Source: an uncultured Candidatus Saccharibacteria bacterium (GTDB lineage: Bacteria; Patescibacteriota; Doudnabacteria; UBA920). From it: a stretch of 64,000 bases of DNA. The stretch spans positions 59,368 to 123,367 of the forward strand of contig CAYTCJ010000004.1 in NCBI GenBank assembly GCA_964436545.1, given 5' to 3'. Shown in pieces: positions 45,293 through 54,511 of this stretch. A program made the translations under genes and the position numbers. The number at the start of each line of letters is the position of its first letter. Position 1 is the stretch's first letter. The notes below the pieces were generated by a model. It did no database searches. It was not told the origin of the DNA and saw only the letters and a program-made list of their open reading frames with translations.

Positions 45293-47968
45293 ATGCAAAT
45301 TAAAGAAAATCTTCAAACTAGAACTCAGAACGCACTTTCCGAATTAGGCGAAAAAATATTTTTAGATCGCTATGCGGTGAAAGATGTAAAAAGGGAAAGT
45401 TTAGCCGTGGGGGACACTGTGGTGGTATTGGTAAATCCCAAAACCGGCCAGAGAGAAATTGGGATTGTGCAAAGTTTAAATTTGGCAGAAAAGTCCGCGG
45501 AAATTATGTTGAGAAACGGGGAAGTGGAAATGCGCGCTATTGAACATTTAGACAAACCGCTGGAAACCGTGCCGGAACAAATGTTTGAACGCATTGCCAA
45601 GCATATTGCCAGTGTGGAAACTACAACCGAAAAACAAGCCGAATGGCAAACCAAGTTTCGAGAGTTAATGGATGATTGGAAATACGTGCCAGCGGGGAGA
45701 ATTTTTACCGGCGCGGGTACCGGCCAAAATTTAACTTTTTATAATTGTTATGTTATTCCGCACCCGAAAGACAGTCGGCAAGGGATTTTTGAAACTCTAT
45801 CGCAAATGGCGGAAATTATGAGCCGAGGCGGCGGAGTGGGAATTAACGTGTCTTCTTTGCGTCCGCGTTATGCTTATGTGAAAGGTGTGAACGGCCGAAG
45901 CAGTGGGGCGGTATCGTGGGCTTCTTTATATTCTTTTGTGACAGGTTTAATTGAACAAGGTGGGAGTAGGCGGGGAGCGTTGATGCTCATTTTAAATTGC
46001 TGGCATCCCGATGTGATTGATTTTATTAATGCCAAAAAAGAAGCGGGCAAAATTACCAATGCTAACATTAGCGTGGGCATAACGGATGATTTTATGGAAG
46101 CCGTGAAGCAAGATAAGCCATGGGATTTGGTGTTTCCGGATACGAATGATCCGCTATATTCCACCAAGTGGGATGGTAATTTAGCGAGATGGAAGTCGAT
46201 TGGCGGAAAAGTGGTAAAACACAAAACCGTTAGAGCTCTGGATATTTGGGATAATATTATTACTTCGGCTTGGAGTAGCGCGGAGCCGGGTATGTATTTT
46301 ATTGACCGCGCCAATTATTTTTCCAATTCTTACTATTTTGCCGATTTACCATGCACGAATCCTTGCGGGGAACAACCTTTGCCGGCTTGGGGAGTATGTA
46401 ATTTGGGGCATGTGAATTTAGCCAAACACATTAACAAAGATACGGGTGAGGTCTTGTGGGATAAATTAAAACAAACCGTGCAATATGCCGTCCGGTTTCA
46501 GGATAATGTAATAGATGCCACCCCTTACTTTTTTGAAGAAAATAAACATCAGCAATTAGGGGAGAGACGCGTGGGGATGGGCACCATTGGTTTGGCGGAA
46601 ATGTTAATTTATAAAGGTTTAAGGTATGGCAGTGCCGAGGGAGTAAAGTTTATAGATAAGCTGTATCAGTTTATTGCTTTAACCGCTTACGAAGAGAGCG
46701 TGGAGCTGGCCCGCGAAAAAGGCGCGTTTAAAAATTTTGTAGCGGAAAAATATTTGCAAAGCGGGTTTATGAAAAATATGCCCGAGTACATTCGAGATTT
46801 GGTGAAAGAGTATGGAATAAGAAATGTGACTATTTTAACCCAAGCACCCACGGGCACAGTGGGTACTATGGTGGGGACTTCCACGGGGATTGAGCCATTT
46901 TTCTCTTGGACTTATTTTCGTAAATCTCGTCTGGGCGTGCACGAAGAAAAAATTAAATTGGCGCAAGATTGGTTAGATAAGCACCCAGGACAAGAATTGC
47001 CTGAATATTTTGCTACGGCTATGGATTTAGCTCCCGAAGAACACGTCAAAGTCCAAGCAGCGGTGCAAAAGTGGACTGATTCCGCCATTAGTAAAACCGT
47101 TAACGCACCTCAAAATTACACTATTGAACAAACGAAGCAATTATACACTTTAATGTATGACTTAGGCTGTAAGGGTGGCACGATTTACCGTGATGGAAGC
47201 CGAGATGAGCAAATTTTAGCCACGGATCATAAAAAATTAGGGAAAGACGCGTCGGAACAAGTCGAGGCCAAACTGGTAGAGGCGGGCGGATCCGCTTCTG
47301 ACGTTGGGGTCGGGATTTCGCCGGTAAGACCGACTCAAGAAGTTATGTCTATTTCGGGGGATAATGTACAAATTAAAATTGCACCAAGAGAAAGACCGAA
47401 TGCCATGAATGGCGTGACGTATAAAATGAACACGGCCTATGGGAATTTATATGTTACGGTTAACGAAGACGAGCATGGTCCGTTTGAGGTTTTTGCGCAA
47501 ATGGGTAAAGCGGGTGGGTTCTTTTCCGCTCAGACCGAAGCCATTACTCGGCTCATTTCTTTATCTTTACGTTCCAATATTGCGATTGAAGAAATTATTG
47601 CTCAGCTTAAAGGTATTCGGGGACCTGACGTGTCTTTCTCCGAAGAAGGGATGGTGTTTTCTTTGCCCGATGCAGTAGCTAAAGTTTTGGAAAAACATAT
47701 TAAACGGGGAGTAAAACAGTTAGCTATGGATTTACCCCAGAAGAATGCTTTAATTGCCAAAGCTTCGGAGCCTATGCAATTAACGCAAATGGAAACTGTG
47801 GTCGAAGAAAAAATTGCGGTGAATGGCACCATGGCTTATAAAACTTCGCAAAAAATTTCCATTGCCAATTTGGGTAATGCGCCAGTGTGTCCGTCTTGCA
47901 GTAATATGATGATTTTTGCCGAAGGTTGTATGAAGTGTGAGGCTTGTGGGTATAGTAAGTGTGGCTAG
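45293..47968 (+). CDS. nrdJ: Class II (adenosylcobalamin-dependent) ribonucleotide reductase
   Basis: Active-site region PCTNPCGEQPL with the CNLG thiyl-radical loop; about 890 aa; C-terminal CxxC...CxxC redox tail. Confidence 0.88.
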   Translation: MQIKENLQTRTQNALSELGEKIFLDRYAVKDVKRESLAVGDTVVVLVNPKTGQREIGIVQSLNLAEKSAEIMLRNGEVEMRAIEHLDKPLETVPEQMFERIAKHIASVETTTEKQAEWQTKFRELMDDWKYVPAGRIFTGAGTGQNLTFYNCYVIPHPKDSRQGIFETLSQMAEIMSRGGGVGINVSSLRPRYAYVKGVNGRSSGAVSWASLYSFVTGLIEQGGSRRGALMLILNCWHPDVIDFINAKKEAGKITNANISVGITDDFMEAVKQDKPWDLVFPDTNDPLYSTKWDGNLARWKSIGGKVVKHKTVRALDIWDNIITSAWSSAEPGMYFIDRANYFSNSYYFADLPCTNPCGEQPLPAWGVCNLGHVNLAKHINKDTGEVLWDKLKQTVQYAVRFQDNVIDATPYFFEENKHQQLGERRVGMGTIGLAEMLIYKGLRYGSAEGVKFIDKLYQFIALTAYEESVELAREKGAFKNFVAEKYLQSGFMKNMPEYIRDLVKEYGIRNVTILTQAPTGTVGTMVGTSTGIEPFFSWTYFRKSRLGVHEEKIKLAQDWLDKHPGQELPEYFATAMDLAPEEHVKVQAAVQKWTDSAISKTVNAPQNYTIEQTKQLYTLMYDLGCKGGTIYRDGSRDEQILATDHKKLGKDASEQVEAKLVEAGGSASDVGVGISPVRPTQEVMSISGDNVQIKIAPRERPNAMNGVTYKMNTAYGNLYVTVNEDEHGPFEVFAQMGKAGGFFSAQTEAITRLISLSLRSNIAIEEIIAQLKGIRGPDVSFSEEGMVFSLPDAVAKVLEKHIKRGVKQLAMDLPQKNALIAKASEPMQLTQMETVVEEKIAVNGTMAYKTSQKISIANLGNAPVCPSCSNMMIFAEGCMKCEACGYSKCG

Positions 47969-48053
47969 AGCGTAGCACTATATTATTCTCCCCTGGCGAG
48001 GGGAGATGTCCTGAAGGGACAGAGAGGTGGTTGGTCATCAAGTTATAAAATAA

Positions 48054-48086
48054 GGCGTCCCGACGGCCGTCGGGACGCCTTTAAAA
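48054..48086 (+). terminator. Intrinsic terminator after nrdJ
   Basis: GGCGTCCCGACGGCCGTCGGGACGCCTTT. Preceded by a family-B-like hairpin TCTCCCCTGGCGAGGGGAGA at about 47987-48006. Confidence 0.5.
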
Positions 48087-48090
48087 AAAT

Positions 48091-48750
48091 ATGAGAAGAA
48101 AAAAGATAACCATACCGCAGGAGTTTAGTAGTGAACCTAGGGGTTTAGTGATTGCCTATTTAGGCGCCGGCAAAGGGAAGACCACAGCTGCTATGGGTAT
48201 GGCCATAAGAGCTTCGGGAGCTGGGATGAATGTCTATATTTTGCAGTTTGTAAAAGCCAAAGGCGCATCAGTAGATAAAATAAAAGACGGGGAATGGCCG
48301 GTAAGTAGTGAAATAGATTTTTTTAATGCAATGGGCTCATATCACCCCCCAGCCCCCTCTTACTTTAAGAGGGGGGAGGGCCAAATTGGCAAAATTGAAA
48401 ATGAACAATTGGGTTTGGGTTTTGTTGGGATTTTGGGGGATAAAAAACAAAAGGCTATTCATATTAAAGCCGCAATCGATGGTTTATCCCGCGCCAGAGA
48501 AATTATCACTTCCGGTGAATATCAAGTAATTATTTTAGATGAAATCATTTCAGCTTTGGAAAGTCAGCTAATAGAAGAGCGGGATATTATTGATTTAATT
48601 CAACTCAAGTCGCCACTTCAGCATTTAGTCTTGACTGGGCATAATAAATATCCTAAGCTGTTAAAATATTGCGATTTAGTGACGGAAATGAAAATGGTTA
48701 AGCATCCTTACTATAAGGGAATTTTGGCACAGAGGGGGATAGACTATTAA
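48091..48750 (+). CDS. Cob(I)alamin adenosyltransferase (CobO/BtuR-type)
   Basis: P-loop GAGKGKTTAA ... QFVK and C-terminal LDEI ... VLTGHN ... DLVTEM ... KHPY. Carries an in-frame family-B palindrome at 48345-48380. Confidence 0.8.
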   Translation: MRRKKITIPQEFSSEPRGLVIAYLGAGKGKTTAAMGMAIRASGAGMNVYILQFVKAKGASVDKIKDGEWPVSSEIDFFNAMGSYHPPAPSYFKRGEGQIGKIENEQLGLGFVGILGDKKQKAIHIKAAIDGLSRAREIITSGEYQVIILDEIISALESQLIEERDIIDLIQLKSPLQHLVLTGHNKYPKLLKYCDLVTEMKMVKHPYYKGILAQRGIDY

Positions 48751-49221
48751 TTGACAAAAATGACAAAATTTAAAAAATTGACAAAAATTATTTTGCCGAT
48801 TTTGATTGTAGTGTTTTTGGCTGTGGGGTGTCAGAAGACAAGCAGTCAGCAGTCAGCCAGACAGCCAATCAGCCAGACGGTGAATCAGCAAACAGCTAAT
48901 CAGATAATTAGCAATCAGCAATCAGTAAAGCAAGAAATAAAATTTACTCATTTAGTTGTTGGAGTAGATAATGAGGCAAAGGAGTTCACAACAGTAGATA
49001 AAACCACGGCTTTACAGTTTTTAAAAAGTAAGCTTAAGGTAGAGACTAAAACTTTTTCCGGCGTGGGGGAATATGTGGTAGCCATAAATGGTCTAACGGA
49101 AACCACTGGAAAAAACTTTTGGGCGTTTTATGTAAATGGCAAACAGGCGAAAGTGGGAGCAGGAGATTATGTTTTACAAGCGGGCGATAAAGTAGAGTGG
49201 AAATTGGAGGAGATTCGTTAG
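48751..49221 (+). CDS. Lipoprotein with DUF4430-like (transcobalamin-like, putative B12-binding) domain
   Basis: Lipobox LAVGC, Q-rich linker, and C-terminal GEYVVAINGL ... WAFYVNGK ... GDYVLQAGDKVEW. Confidence 0.5.
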   Translation: MTKMTKFKKLTKIILPILIVVFLAVGCQKTSSQQSARQPISQTVNQQTANQIISNQQSVKQEIKFTHLVVGVDNEAKEFTTVDKTTALQFLKSKLKVETKTFSGVGEYVVAINGLTETTGKNFWAFYVNGKQAKVGAGDYVLQAGDKVEWKLEEIR

Positions 49222-49388
49222 TAGTAAGCAGTAAGTTGATAAGTTGTAAGTAGAAATCAAATTTTCTGATGAGTTAAGAATTAAGAGTTATGAATTATGA
49301 GTATATACAAAAGAAAGCGAACCATTTGCAATCAGCTGGTCGGTAATCGGATAACTCAATAAGTTGTAAATAACTAAGTAATAAAACT

Positions 49389-49991
49389 ATGATTTTATAT
49401 TTAATAATAATTACAGCAGTGGTAAGTAGGTTTGTGCCTCATCCGGTCAATTTTGCTCCCATTACAGCCATTGCCATATTTGGCGCTTATCACTTGGGCT
49501 GGAAACAAGCTGTGGGTTTAACTTTAGTTATTCGGTTAGTGAGCGACTTATTTTTAGGATTGGTCGCCTGGCCCATGATGGTGGCAATTTACGCCTCGCA
49601 TTTGGTGGGGGTGTTGTTGGGGGTCTGGATTCGAAACTCAAAGAATGTCATTCCGGAAACCCGCCTTGGCGGGGTATCCGGAATCCAGAAACAAACAATG
49701 GATCCTGGCTCACAGGCCGGGATGACACTAGGAAAATGGGTAAGAATAATTATTGCTTCTTTAGGTGCCTCTGTAATTTTCTTTTTAGTTACTAATTTTG
49801 CTTTTTTGTATTCTAATTATTCTCACAACTTATCAGGCATTATAGAAAGTTATATTAACGGACTGCCTTTTTTGCGAGGCACTCTAATGGGCGATCTGGT
49901 TTATTCCGTGGTTTTATTTGGCGGGTTGGCGTTAGTGGAAAAATATGAAATATTAAAATTTAAATCTCCAAATTTTAAACATCAAATATAA
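49389..49991 (+). CDS. Multi-pass membrane protein (possible ECF-type substrate-binding S component); contains an in-frame family-A palindromic element
   Basis: 5-6 TM helices. The element at 49646-49727 encodes the loop NVIPETRLGGVSGIQKQTMDPGSQAGM. Confidence 0.45.
   Translation: MILYLIIITAVVSRFVPHPVNFAPITAIAIFGAYHLGWKQAVGLTLVIRLVSDLFLGLVAWPMMVAIYASHLVGVLLGVWIRNSKNVIPETRLGGVSGIQKQTMDPGSQAGMTLGKWVRIIIASLGASVIFFLVTNFAFLYSNYSHNLSGIIESYINGLPFLRGTLMGDLVYSVVLFGGLALVEKYEILKFKSPNFKHQI
49646..49727. repeat. Family-A palindromic element inserted in-frame in a membrane-protein gene
   Basis: TGTCATTCCGGAAACCCGCCTTGGCGGGGTATCCGGAATCCAG ... GGATCCTGGCTCACAGGCCGGGATGACA. Confidence 0.55.
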
Positions 49992-49998
49992 AACAGGT

Positions 49999-50871
49999 AT
50001 GCAAAAAGGTGTAGATTTTACAGGAGAAAGGCCAATAGCTAGTGAGGCTTCATTGTCCGCGGAAATTATTGAACATCAAGAAATTGCCGAATTAGCAGAG
50101 CCTGTCAGTAGAATTTTAGAAGCCTTAAGATTGGAATTGGAACGCGGAACTTATTCTTTAATTATTGGCATAGATGACTCCGGTCGGATTCCGGCTTTAT
50201 TAATGGCAGAGACCATAACTCATATTTATAAAAAACGGGGAATACCTAAACCCCAAATTTTATTTTTTCCCAGTTATGGCACTTTGCCAAAGGCGGAGCA
50301 GGTAAGCATTGGGCAATTACAAGCAGAAAAATTACAACAGTTTTTAGCACGAAGAAACGTAGTTTTAACAGATAAAAAGGCACTAATAGTAGACGATGCT
50401 ATAAAGACGGGAAAAAGCATCACCCAAATTGTTTTGGAGTTAGATAAAATGGGTGTGAATATGGATATTACGGTGATAGGGTTAATTCGGCAAGAGAATC
50501 AGGTTTTAATGGACACAGTTATGGATTCAGCCTCCCAAGCTTCGGAAATAAGAGTGGTGTTTGGTCAAAGTGGTAATTCAGGATTATATAGACAAAAACA
50601 ACTTGGTGGTACTAGAAAAACTAAAGAAATTTGGTCTAGAGGGTTAGTGGCTACTTTAAAGCAAGGGGTAAAAAAATTAGAAGATGATGCACAGAGAGGT
50701 TGGAAGCATAAGAGAAGATTTAAAACCTGGCAAAGGAAGTTTGGAGATGTTAATGTGTTAGGGGAAAAATTAAATACTGAAGGTATAGGACGAGCTAGAC
50801 AAGATATAAAAATTTTAGCTGGTCGGTTAGCCGAAACTTTTGAAAATAAACATTCTTTACCAAAAAATTAA
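49999..50871 (+). CDS. Phosphoribosyltransferase-domain protein (type I PRTase fold)
   Basis: PRPP-binding motif ALIVDDAIKTGKSI. Shares a 41-bp 5' end (including the first 9 codons) with the next gene. Confidence 0.55.
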   Translation: MQKGVDFTGERPIASEASLSAEIIEHQEIAELAEPVSRILEALRLELERGTYSLIIGIDDSGRIPALLMAETITHIYKKRGIPKPQILFFPSYGTLPKAEQVSIGQLQAEKLQQFLARRNVVLTDKKALIVDDAIKTGKSITQIVLELDKMGVNMDITVIGLIRQENQVLMDTVMDSASQASEIRVVFGQSGNSGLYRQKQLGGTRKTKEIWSRGLVATLKQGVKKLEDDAQRGWKHKRRFKTWQRKFGDVNVLGEKLNTEGIGRARQDIKILAGRLAETFENKHSLPKN

Positions 50872-50891
50872 TAAGCAAATATAAAACAGGT

Positions 50892-51329
50892 ATGCAAAAA
50901 GGTGTAGATTTTACAGGGATATGTGTGGTGTTTGTGTGTCATGACGGCGCGGGTAATATTTTAATGCAAAAACGAGGAAAAAATACTCGGGATGAACAGG
51001 GAAAATGGGATGTGGGTGCGGGAGGTATGGAATTTGGCGATAGTGCAGAAGATACTTTAAAAAAAGAACTTTTAGAAGAATATTGTTGCCAAATTATTGA
51101 GCATGAATTTTTAGGTTTTCGGGAAATTCATAGAGAACATAACGGCCAAAAGACGCATTGGATAAGTTTGGATTTTAAAGTTTTGGTTGATCCTAAGCAA
51201 GTAAAAAATGGCGAACCTCATAAATTTGAAGAGATTGGTTGGTTTCGTTTGCCCGATTTTCCCAATCATGAGAAATTACATTCTCAATTACCATTTTTTT
51301 TAAAGAAATATGCCAGTAAATTAAAATAA
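50892..51329 (+). CDS. NUDIX hydrolase
   Basis: Nudix box GGMEFGDSAEDTLKKELLEE. Confidence 0.8.
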   Translation: MQKGVDFTGICVVFVCHDGAGNILMQKRGKNTRDEQGKWDVGAGGMEFGDSAEDTLKKELLEEYCCQIIEHEFLGFREIHREHNGQKTHWISLDFKVLVDPKQVKNGEPHKFEEIGWFRLPDFPNHEKLHSQLPFFLKKYASKLK

Positions 51330-51369
51330 TCCCCCTCTTGTGAGAGGGGGATTATTTTAAAATTTTAGT

Positions 51370-52125
51370 TTAATTGAGTCGCCAATCAGACATCTCCATA
51401 ACCGAAATTCTGGGTAGCTGGGTATCGGCTTGGTTCATGGACACTACCAGTTGGGTCTTACCCCCGTTATTCGTAAAGATTTCCATGGTGGTAATGGGCA
51501 TAAGACCTAATTCGGTTACCAAATAAATTTGTTTGCCTTGTTTTACCCAGCTTCCCCAAGGATGCCAGTCGGTGGCTTTTTCTATCATATAACCGGAATT
51601 AGGAATATGTGCCAAACTGCCAATATAACTAATTTGATTAAGTTTATAACCTAAGCCGGTAAAGGCCGGGTAATTGGTAAAGGGAGTTTTGGTGTGTTTA
51701 TAAATTATGTAAACCGTACTGCCATCTAAAGCTAATTGACCATTTTTTAGCATTGGTGCGTCGGCAGTGTAGCTTTCTGGATCGGTTACTGTAATTAACA
51801 AAGTAATGCACTCAGTAGTATAATCATTACAGACCCGAGAAGCGGACAGACCTTTACTTAAAGCGGTAAAGGCCACTAGATCTTTTTCTACAAAATCCAT
51901 TTCTACCACATTTGGGTTGGTGTTGTCAGCCGGATACCAGCCGGGAATTTCCGAAAGTTGTAATACAGCTTCGGTTTGGGGTTTTAAAATTTTAGTAAAA
52001 GTTCCTAGTTTGGTTTCGCTATTAACTTTGCTGTTGGAAATTTCGTAATAACCCAAGCTAAATTTGGGCCAAACCACAGTAGTGGTTAAAAAAATAGCTG
52101 TCCAGAGTAGAAGTTTTTTGTTCAT
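51370..52125 (-). CDS. Secreted hypothetical protein
   Basis: Signal peptide MNKKLLLWTAIFLTTTVVW. No motif. Confidence 0.5.
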   Translation of the reverse strand: MNKKLLLWTAIFLTTTVVWPKFSLGYYEISNSKVNSETKLGTFTKILKPQTEAVLQLSEIPGWYPADNTNPNVVEMDFVEKDLVAFTALSKGLSASRVCNDYTTECITLLITVTDPESYTADAPMLKNGQLALDGSTVYIIYKHTKTPFTNYPAFTGLGYKLNQISYIGSLAHIPNSGYMIEKATDWHPWGSWVKQGKQIYLVTELGLMPITTMEIFTNNGGKTQLVVSMNQADTQLPRISVMEMSDWRLN

Positions 52126-52188
52126 TTAAATTAATTTAATACTTAAATTGACTATTTATTATATAGAAAGTAAGACTTTTGTCAAGAT

Positions 52189-53661
52189 ATGTCCGGTTTA
52201 GCTATTACTAAATCTCAGGTTTTTATTGGGTTTTGCATAGTTTTTGCCATGGGTATATTTTTAGCTTCCAAAGTTTCTATTTCCAATGTGTGGGTGTATA
52301 GTATGTGGTTCTGTTTAAGCTTAATTTGGTTAATTCGCTTGGTTAATCAACACCCTTACGGTATTATCAGTTTTGTGATTTTAGGTTTTTGGGTGATGAC
52401 TTTAGGCATGTGGCGTTTGAATATTGCAGACCAAGTAAATATTTTTGAACCTGTATTTAATACCTCGCAAAGTCTGGAAGGGGTTATTACGGAAGATATA
52501 GATATAAGAGAGAATAAACAATTAATTCGGTTTCAGCCTAATTACGTTCCGCAACAAATTTTAATTACCACCAATAAAACCCAAGAATTTTTTTACGGGG
52601 ATTATTTATTGGTTATGGGCCAAATTAAGTCAGCCAAAAATTTTGACGATTTTGATTATCAGGCTTATTTGGAACGGTATAATATTTATGGGGTAATGGC
52701 GTACCCAAAAATTTTAATTTTAAAAACTAATCGGGCGAGTAAAGTAAAATTTTGGTTATTAAAAATTAAACAAAGTTTTACGAATCGTTTGGGGAAATTT
52801 TTACCCGAACCGCAAAATAGTCTCGCGTTAGGTGTGTTAATTGGTGCTAAGCGGGGATTACCTTCCGGAATTTTGGAAAATTTTAATCGTTCCGGTACTT
52901 CACACATTGTGGCCGTGTCGGGTTATAATATTGCAATAATTGTAAGTGCTTTAAGTATCTTAGCTTGGGTTTTGGGCCGAAAACTTAGTTTTTGGGTTTC
53001 TTTATTGTTTATCTGTAGTTTTGTGATTATTGCCGGAGCCTCGCCGTCGGTAGTCCGAGCTGGGGTGATGGGGATGTTGTTATTGCTAGGTTTTAAAATT
53101 GGTCGGTTATATTCAGTGATCCCCGCTTTAATGTTAGCTGGTGTTTTGATGTTATGGATGAACCCAAAAATTTTACTTGCCGATATTGGCTTCCAATTAT
53201 CTTTTTGCGCTACGCTGGGTATTATTTTATTTATGCCCTTGTGGGAAGAACTGGCGAAAAATTGGCCTAAGTTGGCTGGTTTAAAAAGTATTTTTTTTGT
53301 TTCCGTTTCCGCTATTTTGGCGACTTTGCCTATTACTTTACCCACTTTTTCCCAACTGAGTTTAGTCGCGTTGCCGGCAAATTTATTGGTTTTGCCGGCT
53401 GTGCCCTTGGCTATGTTATTTGGATTTTTAACGGTTTTGCCTGTGGTGGCGCCGGGTTTTGCTTTTTTGGCCAATGGATTTTTAACTTATATTTTGTTAG
53501 TGGTGGAAAAATTAGGTCAATTACCTATGGCAGTTTTAAATTTTCAAGTTGGGAAGTCCGGACAATTTATGCTTTGGTTAGTTTTAGCTTTAATGTATTG
53601 GGGGTTAAAGTATTGGGTTTTGAAAAAAAATCAAAAGAGTGTTAAGATTAGCTGTAAGTAA
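52189..53661 (+). CDS. comEC: ComEC/Rec2-family competence membrane protein (N-terminal plus competence domains, no beta-lactamase domain)
   Basis: DUF4131-like N-terminus, then GTSHIVAVSGYNIAII competence motif, with more than 10 TM helices. Confidence 0.72.
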   Translation: MSGLAITKSQVFIGFCIVFAMGIFLASKVSISNVWVYSMWFCLSLIWLIRLVNQHPYGIISFVILGFWVMTLGMWRLNIADQVNIFEPVFNTSQSLEGVITEDIDIRENKQLIRFQPNYVPQQILITTNKTQEFFYGDYLLVMGQIKSAKNFDDFDYQAYLERYNIYGVMAYPKILILKTNRASKVKFWLLKIKQSFTNRLGKFLPEPQNSLALGVLIGAKRGLPSGILENFNRSGTSHIVAVSGYNIAIIVSALSILAWVLGRKLSFWVSLLFICSFVIIAGASPSVVRAGVMGMLLLLGFKIGRLYSVIPALMLAGVLMLWMNPKILLADIGFQLSFCATLGIILFMPLWEELAKNWPKLAGLKSIFFVSVSAILATLPITLPTFSQLSLVALPANLLVLPAVPLAMLFGFLTVLPVVAPGFAFLANGFLTYILLVVEKLGQLPMAVLNFQVGKSGQFMLWLVLALMYWGLKYWVLKKNQKSVKISCK

Positions 53662-53672
53662 AAAAATTAATC

Positions 53673-54425
53673 TTGAGAGAAAATATGAATAATAAGACAT
53701 TAGCCTATTTAATTTTGGCTGTGGTAGTTATTTGTTCCGGTATATTCGCGCTGGTGAGATTACGAGGGGATAGTTCACAGCAGTTGGGAAATATGACTAA
53801 GGAACAAGCTAATCCGCCCAGCGCTGAAATCAAACCAATAGAAACCCCACCGATGGCCAAAACTGAACCGAAAAAAGAAATTATTAATGGATGTGAAAAA
53901 ATGTTTGATCAAACTAAAATGCAAGAACAAATTAATTTAGCTAATAATAAAGTGGAAGTAAATGTTAAGGGCTACGGTAAATTTACTGTCGTGCTAGATA
54001 CCAAAGAGGCTCCAAAAACTTCTGAAAACTTTTTAAAATTAGTTAATGCCGGGTTTTATGACTGTTTAACTTTTCATCGGTTAGCTAAGGGTTTTGTGGT
54101 CCAAGGTGGAGATCCGGCTGGAAACGGTACGGGGGGTCCGGGTTATACGGTGCCGGCGGAAATTGGGCTTAAGCATAAGAAGGGGAGTATTGCCATGGCT
54201 CGTTTAGGTGATCAGGTTAACCCTAATAAAGAATCATCGGGCAGTCAGTTCTATATTGCTTTGCAAGATTTGCCTCAGTTAGATGGTGAATATACGGTGT
54301 TTGGAAATGTGGTTTCGGGCTTAGAGGTAATAGAAAAAATCGCTTCGGCTAAAGTAGTCGGCAATGCCCCAGATGGCCCGCCGGTAACACCAATTGTTAT
54401 GGAAAAATTAATTATTATTAAATAA
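53673..54425 (+). CDS. Cyclophilin-type peptidyl-prolyl cis-trans isomerase, membrane-anchored
   Basis: FHRLAKGFVVQGGDP ... GSQFYI cyclophilin signature. N-terminal TM. Confidence 0.88.
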   Translation: MRENMNNKTLAYLILAVVVICSGIFALVRLRGDSSQQLGNMTKEQANPPSAEIKPIETPPMAKTEPKKEIINGCEKMFDQTKMQEQINLANNKVEVNVKGYGKFTVVLDTKEAPKTSENFLKLVNAGFYDCLTFHRLAKGFVVQGGDPAGNGTGGPGYTVPAEIGLKHKKGSIAMARLGDQVNPNKESSGSQFYIALQDLPQLDGEYTVFGNVVSGLEVIEKIASAKVVGNAPDGPPVTPIVMEKLIIIK

Positions 54426-54511
54426 ATGATATAAATTAAATAAATGGTAAAAGTTTAGCTAGTAATTTTTGTCATTTTTGTTCAATTTTGTCATTCTTGT
54501 CAATTTAATTT

